Shown here in pieces: positions 1 to 8,737 of a stretch of 32,000 bases of DNA (within the stretch, counting starts at the first letter, position 1; the number at the start of each line of letters is the position of its first letter). A program made the translations under genes and the position numbers. The DNA is taken from the NCBI RefSeq assembly GCF_000013905.1, contig NC_007969.1, positions 150,001 through 182,000 on the forward strand, written 5' to 3'. The stretch comes from Psychrobacter cryohalolentis K5. GTDB lineage: Bacteria; Pseudomonadota; Gammaproteobacteria; Pseudomonadales; Moraxellaceae. The notes beneath the pieces were generated by a model. The model made no database searches, had not been told where the DNA came from, and was given only the letters and a program-made list of their open reading frames with translations.

Positions 1-480
1 GTCGGTATTGTTGTCTCTAAGCTCTTCAATATCGTGCAACCTAACATAGCCGTATTTGGGCAAAAAGATTATCAGCAATTAGCCATTATTAAGCAGTTGG
101 TTCGTGATTTGAGCTATTCAATCGATATTATTGGCGCGCCTATTATTCGTGCTACTGATGGCTTAGCGTTATCATCGCGCAATCAGTATTTAAGCGAGTC
201 TGAGCGCCAAACAGCACCTATCTTACAGCAGGAGCTGCAGTATTCAGCCAAACAGATTAGTGATAATAAACAGCCGTTAGAGGTGCTTTTGACAGCAGCT
301 CACGAGCGTATTACTAGTGCGGGGTTTATTATTGATTATCTAGAAGTAAAAACAACTGAGCTAACGGCTGTTGATGATGAGAGTATCAATAACCATCAAG
401 ACTTGGTTATTTTAGTGGCTGCATGGCTAGGTCGTGCACGCTTGCTAGACAATCGATTGGTCACGATTAATAAAGTTTGA
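1..480 (+). CDS. panC: Pantoate--beta-alanine ligase, C-terminal part (5' end outside window)
   Basis: Frame 1 is open from base 1, and the track 'M' at 34 is an internal GTG. The peptides VFGQKDYQQL and GLALSSRNQYL are typical PanC motifs. Stop codon at 478-480. Confidence 0.85.
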   Translation, partial: VGIVVSKLFNIVQPNIAVFGQKDYQQLAIIKQLVRDLSYSIDIIGAPIIRATDGLALSSRNQYLSESERQTAPILQQELQYSAKQISDNKQPLEVLLTAAHERITSAGFIIDYLEVKTTELTAVDDESINNHQDLVILVAAWLGRARLLDNRLVTINKV

Positions 481-539
481 TCACACTGCTATTTATAATA
501 TTGTAATTTGCGGGATGCAATTTATAAGGATGACGGAAC

Positions 540-1502
540 ATGCAGGCAAATCAAGACACCCATAATGCTCAATCAAAGCTAACAGATTCTAACGAATCCA
601 CTGGTGATAAACTGAGTATATTGGTAGTGTCAGGACGTTCAGGCTCAGGGAAAACCTCGGTACTAAATATCCTTGAAGATCTGGGTTTTTATTCTATTGA
701 TAATTTGCCTTTGTCTCTTGTGCCTGAAGCGGCGCAAAAGCTGGTCTGTGATAGTGGAATTAAACGCATTGCCCTTGGGGTGGATATTCGTACGCCGCGC
801 GCAGATTTATCTAACTTTGATGCAATCCATGACAGTTTAAAGCAGACCTATGGCGAAGAGGCGGTCACAGTGATGTATGTGACGGCGCAAGAAGAGACGC
901 TGGTTGCACGCTTTAATGCCACTCGCCGCATCCATCCGTTGATGGTGTTAGATACCAAAGGCGTAGAAAATAACGTTTATAATCTACCAGCAGCTATTGA
1001 GAAAGAAATACAGCTTTTGCAGCCGATATTTAAGCATGCCGATATTAAGATAGATACCAGTATGCTCAATATCCATCAGCTAAAAGAGCGTCTGCGTGAT
1101 TATGTGGGTGTAGATAATCAAATCGTGATTAATTTGCTATCGTTTGGTTTCAAGTACGGCAGCCCTATCGATGCAGACTTCGTTTTTGATGTACGAATAT
1201 TGCCCAATCCGCATTGGAATCCGACACTGCGCTCGGCAACAGGTCTTGACGCTGAAGTGAGTGCATTTTTTGCCGATTATCCAGAGGTCGCTGAGATGAC
1301 GGGAGATATTGCTACATTCTTGAATCGTTGGTTACCTGATTTTTTACATAATAATCGTCATACGGTAACGGTTGCCATTGGCTGCACTGGTGGCAAGCAC
1401 CGCTCGGTATTTATCACCAAACACCTGCAAGATAGATTGCAAAATAGCTTGCCAGAAGGCTTAACCGTGACGGCGAAACACCGTGAAAAGCATCGCTGGT
1501 AG
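540..1502 (+). CDS. rapZ: RNase adapter / P-loop ATPase RapZ (YhbJ family)
   Basis: Walker A motif GRSGSGKT follows a ~24-aa N/Q/S-rich N-terminal extension. The C-terminal motif IGCTGGKHRSV is typical of RapZ/YvcJ. Length is ~300 aa. Confidence 0.9.
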   Translation: MQANQDTHNAQSKLTDSNESTGDKLSILVVSGRSGSGKTSVLNILEDLGFYSIDNLPLSLVPEAAQKLVCDSGIKRIALGVDIRTPRADLSNFDAIHDSLKQTYGEEAVTVMYVTAQEETLVARFNATRRIHPLMVLDTKGVENNVYNLPAAIEKEIQLLQPIFKHADIKIDTSMLNIHQLKERLRDYVGVDNQIVINLLSFGFKYGSPIDADFVFDVRILPNPHWNPTLRSATGLDAEVSAFFADYPEVAEMTGDIATFLNRWLPDFLHNNRHTVTVAIGCTGGKHRSVFITKHLQDRLQNSLPEGLTVTAKHREKHRW

Positions 1503-1570
1503 CGTTTGCTAAACCTTTTATACCTAATTTTTTTATACCTATTATTTATTTTTAAACATGGAAAGCTTTT

Positions 1571-2083
1571 ATGATTGACTGGTCAGAACAAGATATGCGC
1601 GTCTCACGCACAGAGCTCAAAAAAGCTCATGAGCGCCTACAACAGTTGTCGATACCGCTTGCCAGCTTATCGAAGAAACAACTTAAAGCTTTACCTGCCA
1701 GTGATTATTTTATGGCGGAATTAATGGCGCTTGCCGATATCACCAGCGCTAATGCGCGTAATCGTCAGACCAAGCGCGTTGGCAAGCTTATGATTGAAGA
1801 AAATCGCCATGAGCTGATAAAAGCATTATTTGATGCCTATTTTCCTAAAGAGCAAGTTTCTAAGATAGAGAGCTGGTATGAGCGTCTAAATATCAATGAT
1901 GAAGGGACGCTTAAGCAGTTCGTTAAACAATATAAAGCGTCTGAGCAGCATAGTATGTATCAGCTATTGCTCTGGATTGAGTACGCTAAGCATACAAACG
2001 ATGAGGAGCTAATGGCGGAGTCAAAAGCAGATTTGGCCAGTTATATCCGTGAAGTCGCTATTTTAACGAATCTAAAAAAATAG
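1571..2083 (+). CDS. yjgA: Ribosome-associated DUF615 protein YjgA (DarP)
   Basis: VSRTELKKAHERLQQL and RNRQTKRVGKLM match the recalled E. coli YjgA blocks VSKSEIKRDAEELKRL and RRRQLQLIGKML. At 170 aa the size also fits. Confidence 0.75.
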   Translation: MIDWSEQDMRVSRTELKKAHERLQQLSIPLASLSKKQLKALPASDYFMAELMALADITSANARNRQTKRVGKLMIEENRHELIKALFDAYFPKEQVSKIESWYERLNINDEGTLKQFVKQYKASEQHSMYQLLLWIEYAKHTNDEELMAESKADLASYIREVAILTNLKK

Positions 2084-2156
2084 CGATAAGAGCTATAGGC
2101 AAGCGAATTTGGTTAGTGGGTACCTATAAACCACTAAAGATAGAATACTAAAATAC

Positions 2157-2188
2157 AAAAAAGCCAATCAGTAAAGATTGGCTTTTTT
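2157..2188. terminator. Bidirectional rho-independent terminator between yjgA and dsbA
   Basis: An 8-bp stem (AGCCAATC 2162-2169 / GATTGGCT 2176-2183) has a 6-nt loop. It is flanked by an A-run upstream and a T-run downstream. Confidence 0.8.
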
Positions 2189-2233
2189 AATTGATCAGAA
2201 ATAGCGTTTTTATATTTTTTTAAAAAACTAATG

Positions 2234-2854
2234 TTACTTTTTCTCTGCGCGTACTTTGTCGACTAGGAAATCAACTACTTTAGGTACGGTAGCACTTTCG
2301 CCGGTTACCACGTACTTGCCTTGCACGACAACGGCTGGCACACCCGATAACTGATAACGCTTAGCGCCTGCTTGCGAGCGACCGATTTTGGTACCAACAG
2401 CAAAAGAGTTATAAAGGCTATTAAATTTCTTTTCGTTCACACCTTTTGAAGCATACCATTTGCTTAATGAAGACTGGTCAAATAACTGCTTACCATCTTT
2501 ATGTACGGCATCAAATAAAGCGTCATGGGTCTTGTCTTCAAAACCCAGTAATTGCGCGGCATAAAAACCACGGGCACTGGCTTCCCAAACAGGGTTTAAC
2601 GCTGCGGGTGTTTTAAAGAATGCCACATCTTTATCTTTGTTTTTTGCCCATTTTTCCATGTGTGGATTAAGGACATTACAATGCGGGCAACCATACCAAA
2701 AAAACTCACGCACAATGATAGCATCACCGCTGATTTTTTCTGGATTATCTAACACACGATAGTCTTTTCCTGCGACATAATTGGCAGCTTGTGCACCCAT
2801 ATTGGCAAATCCAATAGCGCAAGCCAAGCCAGTTAATGCGATGATACGTTTCAT
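2234..2854 (-). CDS. dsbA: Periplasmic thiol:disulfide oxidoreductase DsbA
   Basis: Signal peptide MKRIIALTGLACAIGFANMGAQA and the thioredoxin active site WYGCPHC. I chose the ATG at 2854 because AAGGA sits 8 nt upstream; the track start at 2878 is probably too long. Confidence 0.9.
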   Translation of the reverse strand: MKRIIALTGLACAIGFANMGAQAANYVAGKDYRVLDNPEKISGDAIIVREFFWYGCPHCNVLNPHMEKWAKNKDKDVAFFKTPAALNPVWEASARGFYAAQLLGFEDKTHDALFDAVHKDGKQLFDQSSLSKWYASKGVNEKKFNSLYNSFAVGTKIGRSQAGAKRYQLSGVPAVVVQGKYVVTGESATVPKVVDFLVDKVRAEKK

Positions 2855-3230
2855 ACTTATTCCTTGAAATAACGACATTCAGAAGTTTGCTTTAATAGTT
2901 ATAGCTTTGATAGTCATATAAATACCAAAGCAAATAAGCAATGACAAAGTCAATAGACGACGATAGGTCGACTGAGTCGACCTACTATAGAATAGCAACT
3001 ATAATAGCGTAAAATGCGGCAGTTTGTGAACCGGATTCTTAACTAATGGTTGTAATGCTGTCAGTCATTATTTAAGGTATCTTACTTATAGCCTGTTATT
3101 CTATTTTTATTGACGTTTAGAGCATCAATAAAGCAGTTCACAATCGGTGACGATGTACTTACGGCAGCTTTGCGGCTCGCATGTTAATATTGAGTCTTTA
3201 GTCACATACTATAACAATAAAGGAAAAACT

Positions 3231-4061
3231 ATGAGCCAAGCTTTATTTTCTGGGCAGCCTTTGCACACTCAAGCAAATGATAGTGGCATGGCTGACGATA
3301 CCATAAACGCTATCAATGTCGATCCAAGCGAAGTTGAAAAATTTAATAAATTGGCGGGTGAGTGGTGGAATAAAACCGGTGCCTTTGCTACCTTACACGA
3401 AATCAATCCGCTGCGTCTAAACTGGATAGAGGAAAATGTGAAGCGTGGCTACGTGAGTGCTGATAGTCAAAAAACGGCAGAGATGGGCTTGGCGGGTAAA
3501 AAGGTTCTTGATGTCGGTTGTGGCGGTGGTATCTTATCAGAATCGATGGCACGTCGCGGCGCAGATGTGACAGGTATCGACCTTGGGACAGAAAATCTCA
3601 AAGCAGCAAGCCTCCATGCTGAACAAAGCAACTTACAAGATACCTTGCGCTATCAGCATATTCCGGTTGAAGCTTTAGCGGCTACCCATGCTGGTCAGTT
3701 TGATGTGGTTACCTGTATGGAGATGCTAGAGCATGTACCAGATCCAGCCGCTATTGTAGATGCTTGTTTTAAGCTGTTGGCGCCAGGCGGCGTATGTGTA
3801 CTATCAACGATTAACCGTAATCCAAAATCTTATTTGTTTGCTATCGTGGGTGCAGAGTACGTATTGCGCTTGCTTGATCGCGGTACGCATGATTATGCCA
3901 AGTTTATTACGCCAGCTGAGCTCGATAAAATGGCAATTGATGCAGAGTTTGCGCGCCAAGATATTATTGGACTGCACTATAATCCATTGACCAAGCGTTA
4001 CTGGCTAGCTCAAAACGTCGATGTCAACTATATGATAGCAGTACAGAAACCTCTCGCTTAA
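3231..4061 (+). CDS. ubiG: Ubiquinone biosynthesis O-methyltransferase UbiG
   Basis: SAM-binding motif VLDVGCGGGILSE, plus the FDVVTCMEMLEHVPDP and KLLAPGG blocks typical of UbiG. I chose the ATG at 3231 (AAAGGAAAAACT upstream) over the track start at 3147. A ~30-aa N-terminal extension remains. Confidence 0.9.
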   Translation: MSQALFSGQPLHTQANDSGMADDTINAINVDPSEVEKFNKLAGEWWNKTGAFATLHEINPLRLNWIEENVKRGYVSADSQKTAEMGLAGKKVLDVGCGGGILSESMARRGADVTGIDLGTENLKAASLHAEQSNLQDTLRYQHIPVEALAATHAGQFDVVTCMEMLEHVPDPAAIVDACFKLLAPGGVCVLSTINRNPKSYLFAIVGAEYVLRLLDRGTHDYAKFITPAELDKMAIDAEFARQDIIGLHYNPLTKRYWLAQNVDVNYMIAVQKPLA

Positions 4062-4095
4062 TACCCTTTTATCACCTTAATTAAGAGCCTTCGTA

Positions 4096-4806
4096 ATGAG
4101 CCAATTTGTAAAAGCGGTCTTATTTGACCTAGATGGGACATTGATAGATACTGCTGCCGATTTTGTACGTATTATTGGCAAAATGAGCCAAGAAAACGGC
4201 TGGCAAGCGCCGTCTGAGACAGAGATTCGTGAGCAAGTATCGGCAGGTGCTTCAGCGATGGTGCAGCTTATGCTACGTCATAATGAGCAAACAGACTTTA
4301 GCGAAGAGACGTTACTTGAGTTTCGTCAGCAGTTTTTAGACGATTATGAAGCGGATATTTGTGTGGATAGTCATGTTTTTGACACGCTTGAGGACGTTTT
4401 AAGTGCCCTTGAAGAAAAAGGTGTACCGTGGGGTATAGTGACCAATAAACCGCGCTATTTGTCAGAGCTGTTATTAGAAAAAATGCAGCTAGATACGCGC
4501 TGTGCGGTTTTGGTTTGTCCTGATGATGTGTCACGCCCTAAACCTGACCCAGAGCCTATGTATGCGGCGCTAGAGAAGCTTGGTATCCCTCGCGGTGCTG
4601 CTGCAAGTGTGATTTATGTTGGCGATCATATCCGTGATATCGAAGCTGGTAATGCCGCTGGTATGCCGACGATTTTGGCCGCTTATGGTTACATTCCGCC
4701 TGAAGATCAAAACAACCTGAAGAAATGGGGCGCAGATTATATTACGGAAACCCCTGAGCAGTTGAGTAAACTACTGCTTTCTTCTGGTAAATTCGACTAT
4801 TTATAA
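4096..4806 (+). CDS. HAD-IA phosphatase (phosphoglycolate phosphatase-like / MupP-like)
   Basis: HAD motif I FDLDGTLIDT, motif II VTNKP, motif III KPDPEP and motif IV VGDHIRDIEAG are all present. As I recall, the ubiG-HAD-yciK order matches the Pseudomonas ubiG-mupP-SDR arrangement. Confidence 0.8.
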   Translation: MSQFVKAVLFDLDGTLIDTAADFVRIIGKMSQENGWQAPSETEIREQVSAGASAMVQLMLRHNEQTDFSEETLLEFRQQFLDDYEADICVDSHVFDTLEDVLSALEEKGVPWGIVTNKPRYLSELLLEKMQLDTRCAVLVCPDDVSRPKPDPEPMYAALEKLGIPRGAAASVIYVGDHIRDIEAGNAAGMPTILAAYGYIPPEDQNNLKKWGADYITETPEQLSKLLLSSGKFDYL

Positions 4807-4922
4807 TTCAAATGTTATAACTCAAATGAGCCACAAGATCAGCGTGTTATCAGGCAATATTTAACAACATAGCATAATGGTTAACCATACCATTTATTAA
4901 ACGATAAGTAGTGAGTAACGCC

Positions 4923-5798
4923 ATGAGTGACAATATCAACCCATTAGCGAATCAGTCGGCAAACCATCCAGCCGACAATATAGCCAATAATATTGCAAGC
5001 CAGCAGACTGAATTGCAATCGTCTGCAACCGAATTAACCCACGGGAATATTCGTGACTTTGTACCCTCTGAAAACTGCTTAGATGGCAAGACCATTTTAG
5101 TCACAGGCGCAGGTGATGGCATTGGTCGGGTCGCTGCATTGACCTATGCACGCTATGGCGCAACGGTGCTGCTATTAGGACGTACCAGTAGCAAGCTTGA
5201 ATATGTTTATGATGAAATCGAGAGCTTTGGTGGTAAGCAACCTGCTATGTTACCGATGAATCTAGAAGGGGCGACTTATGCAGAAATGCAAAAGCTAGAA
5301 AATTTGATTCATAGAGAAGTTGGTCAGCTAGATGGGATATTGCATAATGCTGGGATGCTTGGTCCATTGACGCCACTTGAGATGTACGATGTAGATATGT
5401 TTGCTCAAGTCATGAAGATTAACTTCACAGCGACCTTTATGCTTACCCAAGCGCTACTGCCGTTACTCAAAGATGCACCGCATGGTTCTATCGTATTTAC
5501 ATCTAGCAGCGTTGGTACGCATCCTCGCGCATTTTGGGGTGCTTACGCGCTGTCTAAGCAAGCGGTAGAAGGAATGAGCGATATCTTTACCCAAGAGACG
5601 CAAAACACCACCAATCTGCGTTTTAACTGTATCAATCCGGGTGGTACTCGCACCAATATGCGTGCTCACGCTTATCCAGGTGAAAATCCGATGAGTCTGA
5701 AAACTCCTGAAGATATTATGGCAGGTTATGTGTGCTTGATGAGTGATGAGAGTATCGGGGTACGTGGACAAGTGGTTGAGTTACAACCCAAGGATTGA
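4923..5798 (+). CDS. yciK: Short-chain dehydrogenase/reductase, YciK family
   Basis: Rossmann motif TGAGDGIGR, catalytic YALSK, and long collinear blocks shared with recalled E. coli YciK (TYARYGATV, LDGxLHNAG, NxTFMLTQALLPLL, NCINPGGTRT). A GTG at 4911 is an alternative start. There is a ~55-aa low-complexity N-terminal extension. Confidence 0.85.
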   Translation: MSDNINPLANQSANHPADNIANNIASQQTELQSSATELTHGNIRDFVPSENCLDGKTILVTGAGDGIGRVAALTYARYGATVLLLGRTSSKLEYVYDEIESFGGKQPAMLPMNLEGATYAEMQKLENLIHREVGQLDGILHNAGMLGPLTPLEMYDVDMFAQVMKINFTATFMLTQALLPLLKDAPHGSIVFTSSSVGTHPRAFWGAYALSKQAVEGMSDIFTQETQNTTNLRFNCINPGGTRTNMRAHAYPGENPMSLKTPEDIMAGYVCLMSDESIGVRGQVVELQPKD

Positions 5799-5921
5799 GC
5801 GACAATTTGTCTGCGCAGGTAGATTGAAATTGCTGATATTTAACCCCATCTATTTGTTATCAAAGACATTTATGCTCGATTAAAGATACGCATAATGAAT
5901 AAAAATAAATAGGATAATAAT

Positions 5922-6188
5922 ATGGCAGGTGGTTGGTCAAGAGATGGTGCTGAGCATGAGCAAATGGATGCGACCGTTAACGATGCGCTAGAGCGCGCAC
6001 GCCGTGCATTACCGACAGGTAAAAGTGCAGAGTTTTGTGATGAATGTGGTAAGGCGATTCCAGAAGCTCGCCGTATCGCAGTACCGGGTGTGCAGCATTG
6101 TGTTGGCTGTCAATCTGAGCTTGAGCAAGAAGCAAAAGCTGCGGAATTGTTTAATCGCCGTGGCAGTAAAGACAGTCAGTTACGCTAA
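5922..6188 (+). CDS. ybiI: DksA/TraR-family C4 zinc-finger protein, YbiI-like
   Basis: 88 aa with CDEC...CVGC (C4 zinc finger). The C-terminus NRRGSKDSQLR is identical to the recalled end of E. coli YbiI. AGGA lies ~11 nt upstream of the ATG. Confidence 0.8.
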   Translation: MAGGWSRDGAEHEQMDATVNDALERARRALPTGKSAEFCDECGKAIPEARRIAVPGVQHCVGCQSELEQEAKAAELFNRRGSKDSQLR

Positions 6189-6214
6189 TAAAACCAATGC
6201 TGCTTAATAAAAGA

Positions 6215-6246
6215 GCCCCCACTATCTAAATAGTGTGGGCTTTTTT
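6215..6246. terminator. Rho-independent terminator between convergent ybiI and the COG0523 gene
   Basis: A 10-bp GC-rich stem (6215-6224 / 6231-6240, one mismatch) has a 6-nt loop. The run TTTTTT follows at 6241-6246. Confidence 0.8.
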
Positions 6247-6306
6247 ATTGGTTCTATTTTTATCAACAATTTTTCTATCACTGCAATAGATGGCTATGCA
6301 ATCATT

Positions 6307-6336
6307 AGCTATAGTATCAACAGCTATAGTATCAAC
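6307..6336. repeat. Perfect 15-bp tandem duplication (AGCTATAGTATCAAC x2) spanning the COG0523 stop codon
   Basis: Direct reading shows 6307-6321 and 6322-6336 are identical. The stop codon (complement of CTA at 6324-6326) lies in the second copy. Confidence 0.95.
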
Positions 6337-7511
6337 GCCATGAGTTCATGGTCATAGGCTTCCCAATCTAGCTTAACTTCTATCGCATCTTCTTGCCCAG
6401 TACTTGTTTGCAAAATAATTTCTAGTCGGCTGTCGGCTTGTACGCTCACTGTCTTTGTAGACAAGCTATCAGGCGTAAAATTGATTTGTAGCCAGCCATT
6501 AGACGTATGCAATACGCCTTTGATGCGTTGCCAGTTTGGTAGCGTTAGCAGCCAATCCTGTAACTTATCAGCATTTAATATATAGTCCGCTGGTAGTCGC
6601 CAACCTGCAACCACGATATCTTGCTGTATTTCATGATAACGATAGGGCAGCTCGATGTCTTTGTCTGCCTGAATATTATTATCGTTTGTGGAAGGGTTGA
6701 ATAATGACTTATTCGATAATGAATGACTCAGCGGCTGCAAGCTAATCACAGATTTTTTCGGCTGAGCAATATTAACTGTCCGCTGTTGTGAGATAGTCTG
6801 GCTAGGCTTGGTCAGCTGCGTGCTTAACACTGCTGAATAGTCATTTGATGTGCTTATATCGTTAATTGTGGTCTGATCATCAGATTCTGCCCAAATAATA
6901 GTAATTTGCGCATTTAACTCTGCTACCCAATCTTGTAATGCTTGCTTATCGTCAGTACTTAATTGGGCATAGCGATTAATGACCAAGACATCGGCATCAC
7001 GAATATGCGCTTGGAACCCTTCGTGAGCACGATATTTTTCTCGTTGCCACTGCAAAGCGTTAAGTACAGTTATGACCGCTTGCATCTTTAGAGCCGTCTG
7101 CCAATGCGGCGCGCTAAGCTGCCGTATAAGCTCACGTGGATGAGCAAGCCCTGTTGGCTCAATAAGCAGACGTTGCGGATGATGGTCACTGAGCAGGCGA
7201 CTAATAGCGATTTGTAGAGGTAACTGGCTGGTACAACAAATACAGCCGCCGCTAACTTCACGAATGGCGATATTATTTTGAGCGGAATCGCTATCTTGTG
7301 AGCTTGAAACCAAGGCTGCATCGATACCAATCCGACCAAACTCGTTAATCAATAATGCCCAACGCTCATCAGTGGATTTATCGGCAATCAATTGGTTAAT
7401 AAGTGTGGTTTTGCCAGAACCCAAAAACCCTGTCACCAAAGTGCAGGGTATATTTTGATGAATAATAGAGGATTTCAATGTTGCGCCCGTTGTATTAATA
7501 GGATTACCCAT
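6324..7511 (-). CDS. COG0523 (CobW/ZigA/YjiA-like) G3E-family GTPase, putative metallochaperone
   Basis: P-loop GFLGSGKTT, metal-binding GCICC (CxCC) motif, and an LIEPTGLA switch region. A C-terminal CobW_C-like segment follows a ~75-aa N/S/Q-rich insert. Confidence 0.85.
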   Translation of the reverse strand: MGNPINTTGATLKSSIIHQNIPCTLVTGFLGSGKTTLINQLIADKSTDERWALLINEFGRIGIDAALVSSSQDSDSAQNNIAIREVSGGCICCTSQLPLQIAISRLLSDHHPQRLLIEPTGLAHPRELIRQLSAPHWQTALKMQAVITVLNALQWQREKYRAHEGFQAHIRDADVLVINRYAQLSTDDKQALQDWVAELNAQITIIWAESDDQTTINDISTSNDYSAVLSTQLTKPSQTISQQRTVNIAQPKKSVISLQPLSHSLSNKSLFNPSTNDNNIQADKDIELPYRYHEIQQDIVVAGWRLPADYILNADKLQDWLLTLPNWQRIKGVLHTSNGWLQINFTPDSLSTKTVSVQADSRLEIILQTSTGQEDAIEVKLDWEAYDHELMALIL

Positions 7512-7554
7512 TAATAGTATGATATATCAACGGACACAAGCAATACTTAGAAAT

Positions 7555-8319
7555 TTAAAGTGATTCGCTCTTAGCTGCTTCGACTTCTGCTTCGTCAGGT
7601 ACGAATACATAGCCTACGCCCCAGACAGTCTGGATATAACGTGCTTGTGAAGGATTGTCTTCAATTAAGCGGCGCAGACGTGATACTTGAACGTCAATTG
7701 AACGCTCCATCGCGCCCCATTCACGACCACGGGCAAGGTTCATCAGCTTATCACGGGTCAATGGCTCGCGTGGATGCTGAACCAATGCCTTTAGTACCGA
7801 GAATTCACCCGTCGTTAAGGTGACAACATTGCCGTCGCGTTTGAGCGTACGTGTCGATAAATCAAGTGTCCATGGACCAAATTCTACTACTTCAAGCTGA
7901 TGACTTGGTGCCCCTGGTAGCTCACGATTTTGACGACGGAGTACTGCTTTGATACGTGCTAATAGCTCTTTTGGATTAAATGGCTTTGGTAGATAGTCAT
8001 CCGCACCCGCTTCTAGACCTGCGATGCGATCAGCGTCGCCACCTTTAGCCGTGAGCATAATAATAGGGATGTCGCCATTGTCTTCGCGCAGACGCTTACA
8101 AATACTGATACCGTCTTCGCCTGGTAGCATCAAATCAAGTACCACTAATGAAAAAAGCTCACGCTGCAACAGCTTATCCATTTGACTGCCATCGTGGGCA
8201 GTACGGACAACAAAACCATCGTCTTCTAGAAAGCGCTGTAACAAAGAGCGCAATCGTGCATCGTCATCAACGACTAGAATACGCTGAGTTAAGGTATCGG
8301 GGCTGTTATTTTCAGACAT
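7555..8319 (-). CDS. ompR: Two-component response regulator OmpR
   Basis: Collinear with recalled E. coli OmpR throughout: ILVVDDDxRLRxLL, LDLMLPGEDGLSIC, KPFNPxELLARIxAVLRRQ, HPREPLxRDKLMNLARGRE and YIQTVWGxGYVFVPD. Confidence 0.92.
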   Translation of the reverse strand: MSENNSPDTLTQRILVVDDDARLRSLLQRFLEDDGFVVRTAHDGSQMDKLLQRELFSLVVLDLMLPGEDGISICKRLREDNGDIPIIMLTAKGGDADRIAGLEAGADDYLPKPFNPKELLARIKAVLRRQNRELPGAPSHQLEVVEFGPWTLDLSTRTLKRDGNVVTLTTGEFSVLKALVQHPREPLTRDKLMNLARGREWGAMERSIDVQVSRLRRLIEDNPSQARYIQTVWGVGYVFVPDEAEVEAAKSESL

Positions 8320-8637
8320 ACAGGCATCCTCTTATAAAAATTATTATTAGCAAAAATTATTGTTAAAACGCACCAGTCAGTATATTTACTCTCAATAAAA
8401 ACAGTGTGAATACCACTTTTACCATTTATTAGTGCAACTATTTGAGCATCATTCCATTGATTGGCAAAAAATTATAAAAATGAGAACTATTGTTCAGTAC
8501 GTTGGTACACAGCAATATTTGTGCTGATGAGACTTTAGTGTATAAGATTGCAGTCATAATTGCATCACTGATAAAGGCAAATGCTGTAGGTGTTTGTTTA
8601 ATAAAGCGTCAAGAGTGTGCTCATTAAACGATTTTTG

Positions 8638-8660
8638 CGATAAATAACACGATAAATAAC
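8638..8660. repeat. Two 11-bp direct repeats CGATAAATAAC (period 12) upstream of the tex promoter
   Basis: Direct reading shows 8638-8648 and 8650-8660 are identical. A third GATAAA lies at 8666-8671. Confidence 0.9.
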
Positions 8661-8695
8661 GAAAAGATAAAAAGGATTTCTATTCATGCAGCTTT

Positions 8696-8704
8696 TGCTA
8701 TAAT
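8696..8704 (+). promoter_or_regulatory. Candidate extended -10 promoter (TGcTATAAT) for tex
   Basis: TG at 8696-8697 and TATAAT at 8699-8704, 34 nt upstream of the tex ATG. There is no good -35 hexamer, which is consistent with an extended -10 promoter. Confidence 0.3.
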
Positions 8705-8737
8705 GCAAAACTACATTTCTCAACGATTGATACGTCT

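Noticed and set aside
2964-2984. Perfect hairpin TAGGTCGAC-TGA-GTCGACCTA (two SalI sites) in the dsbA/ubiG divergent spacer.
   Set aside because: A 9-bp stem with a free choice of loop size is expected about once by chance in 32 kb. No second copy occurs in the window, so it is not a REP-like family here. There is no T-run, so it is not a terminator.
3760-3990. Nested or antisense track ORFs inside confidently assigned genes: 3760-3990, 4298-4534, 5463-5771, 6004-6207, 7088-7339, 7641-7823, 8148-8366, 8756-9245, 10555-11243, 11523-11862, 12747-13484, 15381-15599, 16431-16613, 17195-18181, 18577-20201, 21016-21539, 22533-23201, 23417-23941, 24435-24668, 25739-25939, 29094-29327, 30093-30422 and 31092-31292.
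   Set aside because: Each lies within, or mostly overlaps, a gene with strong family motifs in another frame or on the other strand. Their translations are low-complexity or Cys/Arg/Leu-rich in the way shadow ORFs typically are. None has a convincing SD plus start context.
4877-4888. 12-bp perfect palindrome ATGGTTAACCAT upstream of yciK.
   Set aside because: Several 12-bp palindromes are expected by chance in 32 kb (roughly 1 per 4 kb). There is no supporting repeat or regulator gene nearby.
5799-5921. Search for Zur/Fur-box-like palindromes upstream of ybiI, and in 7512-7554 and 8320-8737 upstream of the COG0523 gene and ompR.
   Set aside because: I could find no palindromic GTTATAAC/ATAAT-type box by eye. 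A zinc-regulon link therefore remains only a neighbourhood inference.
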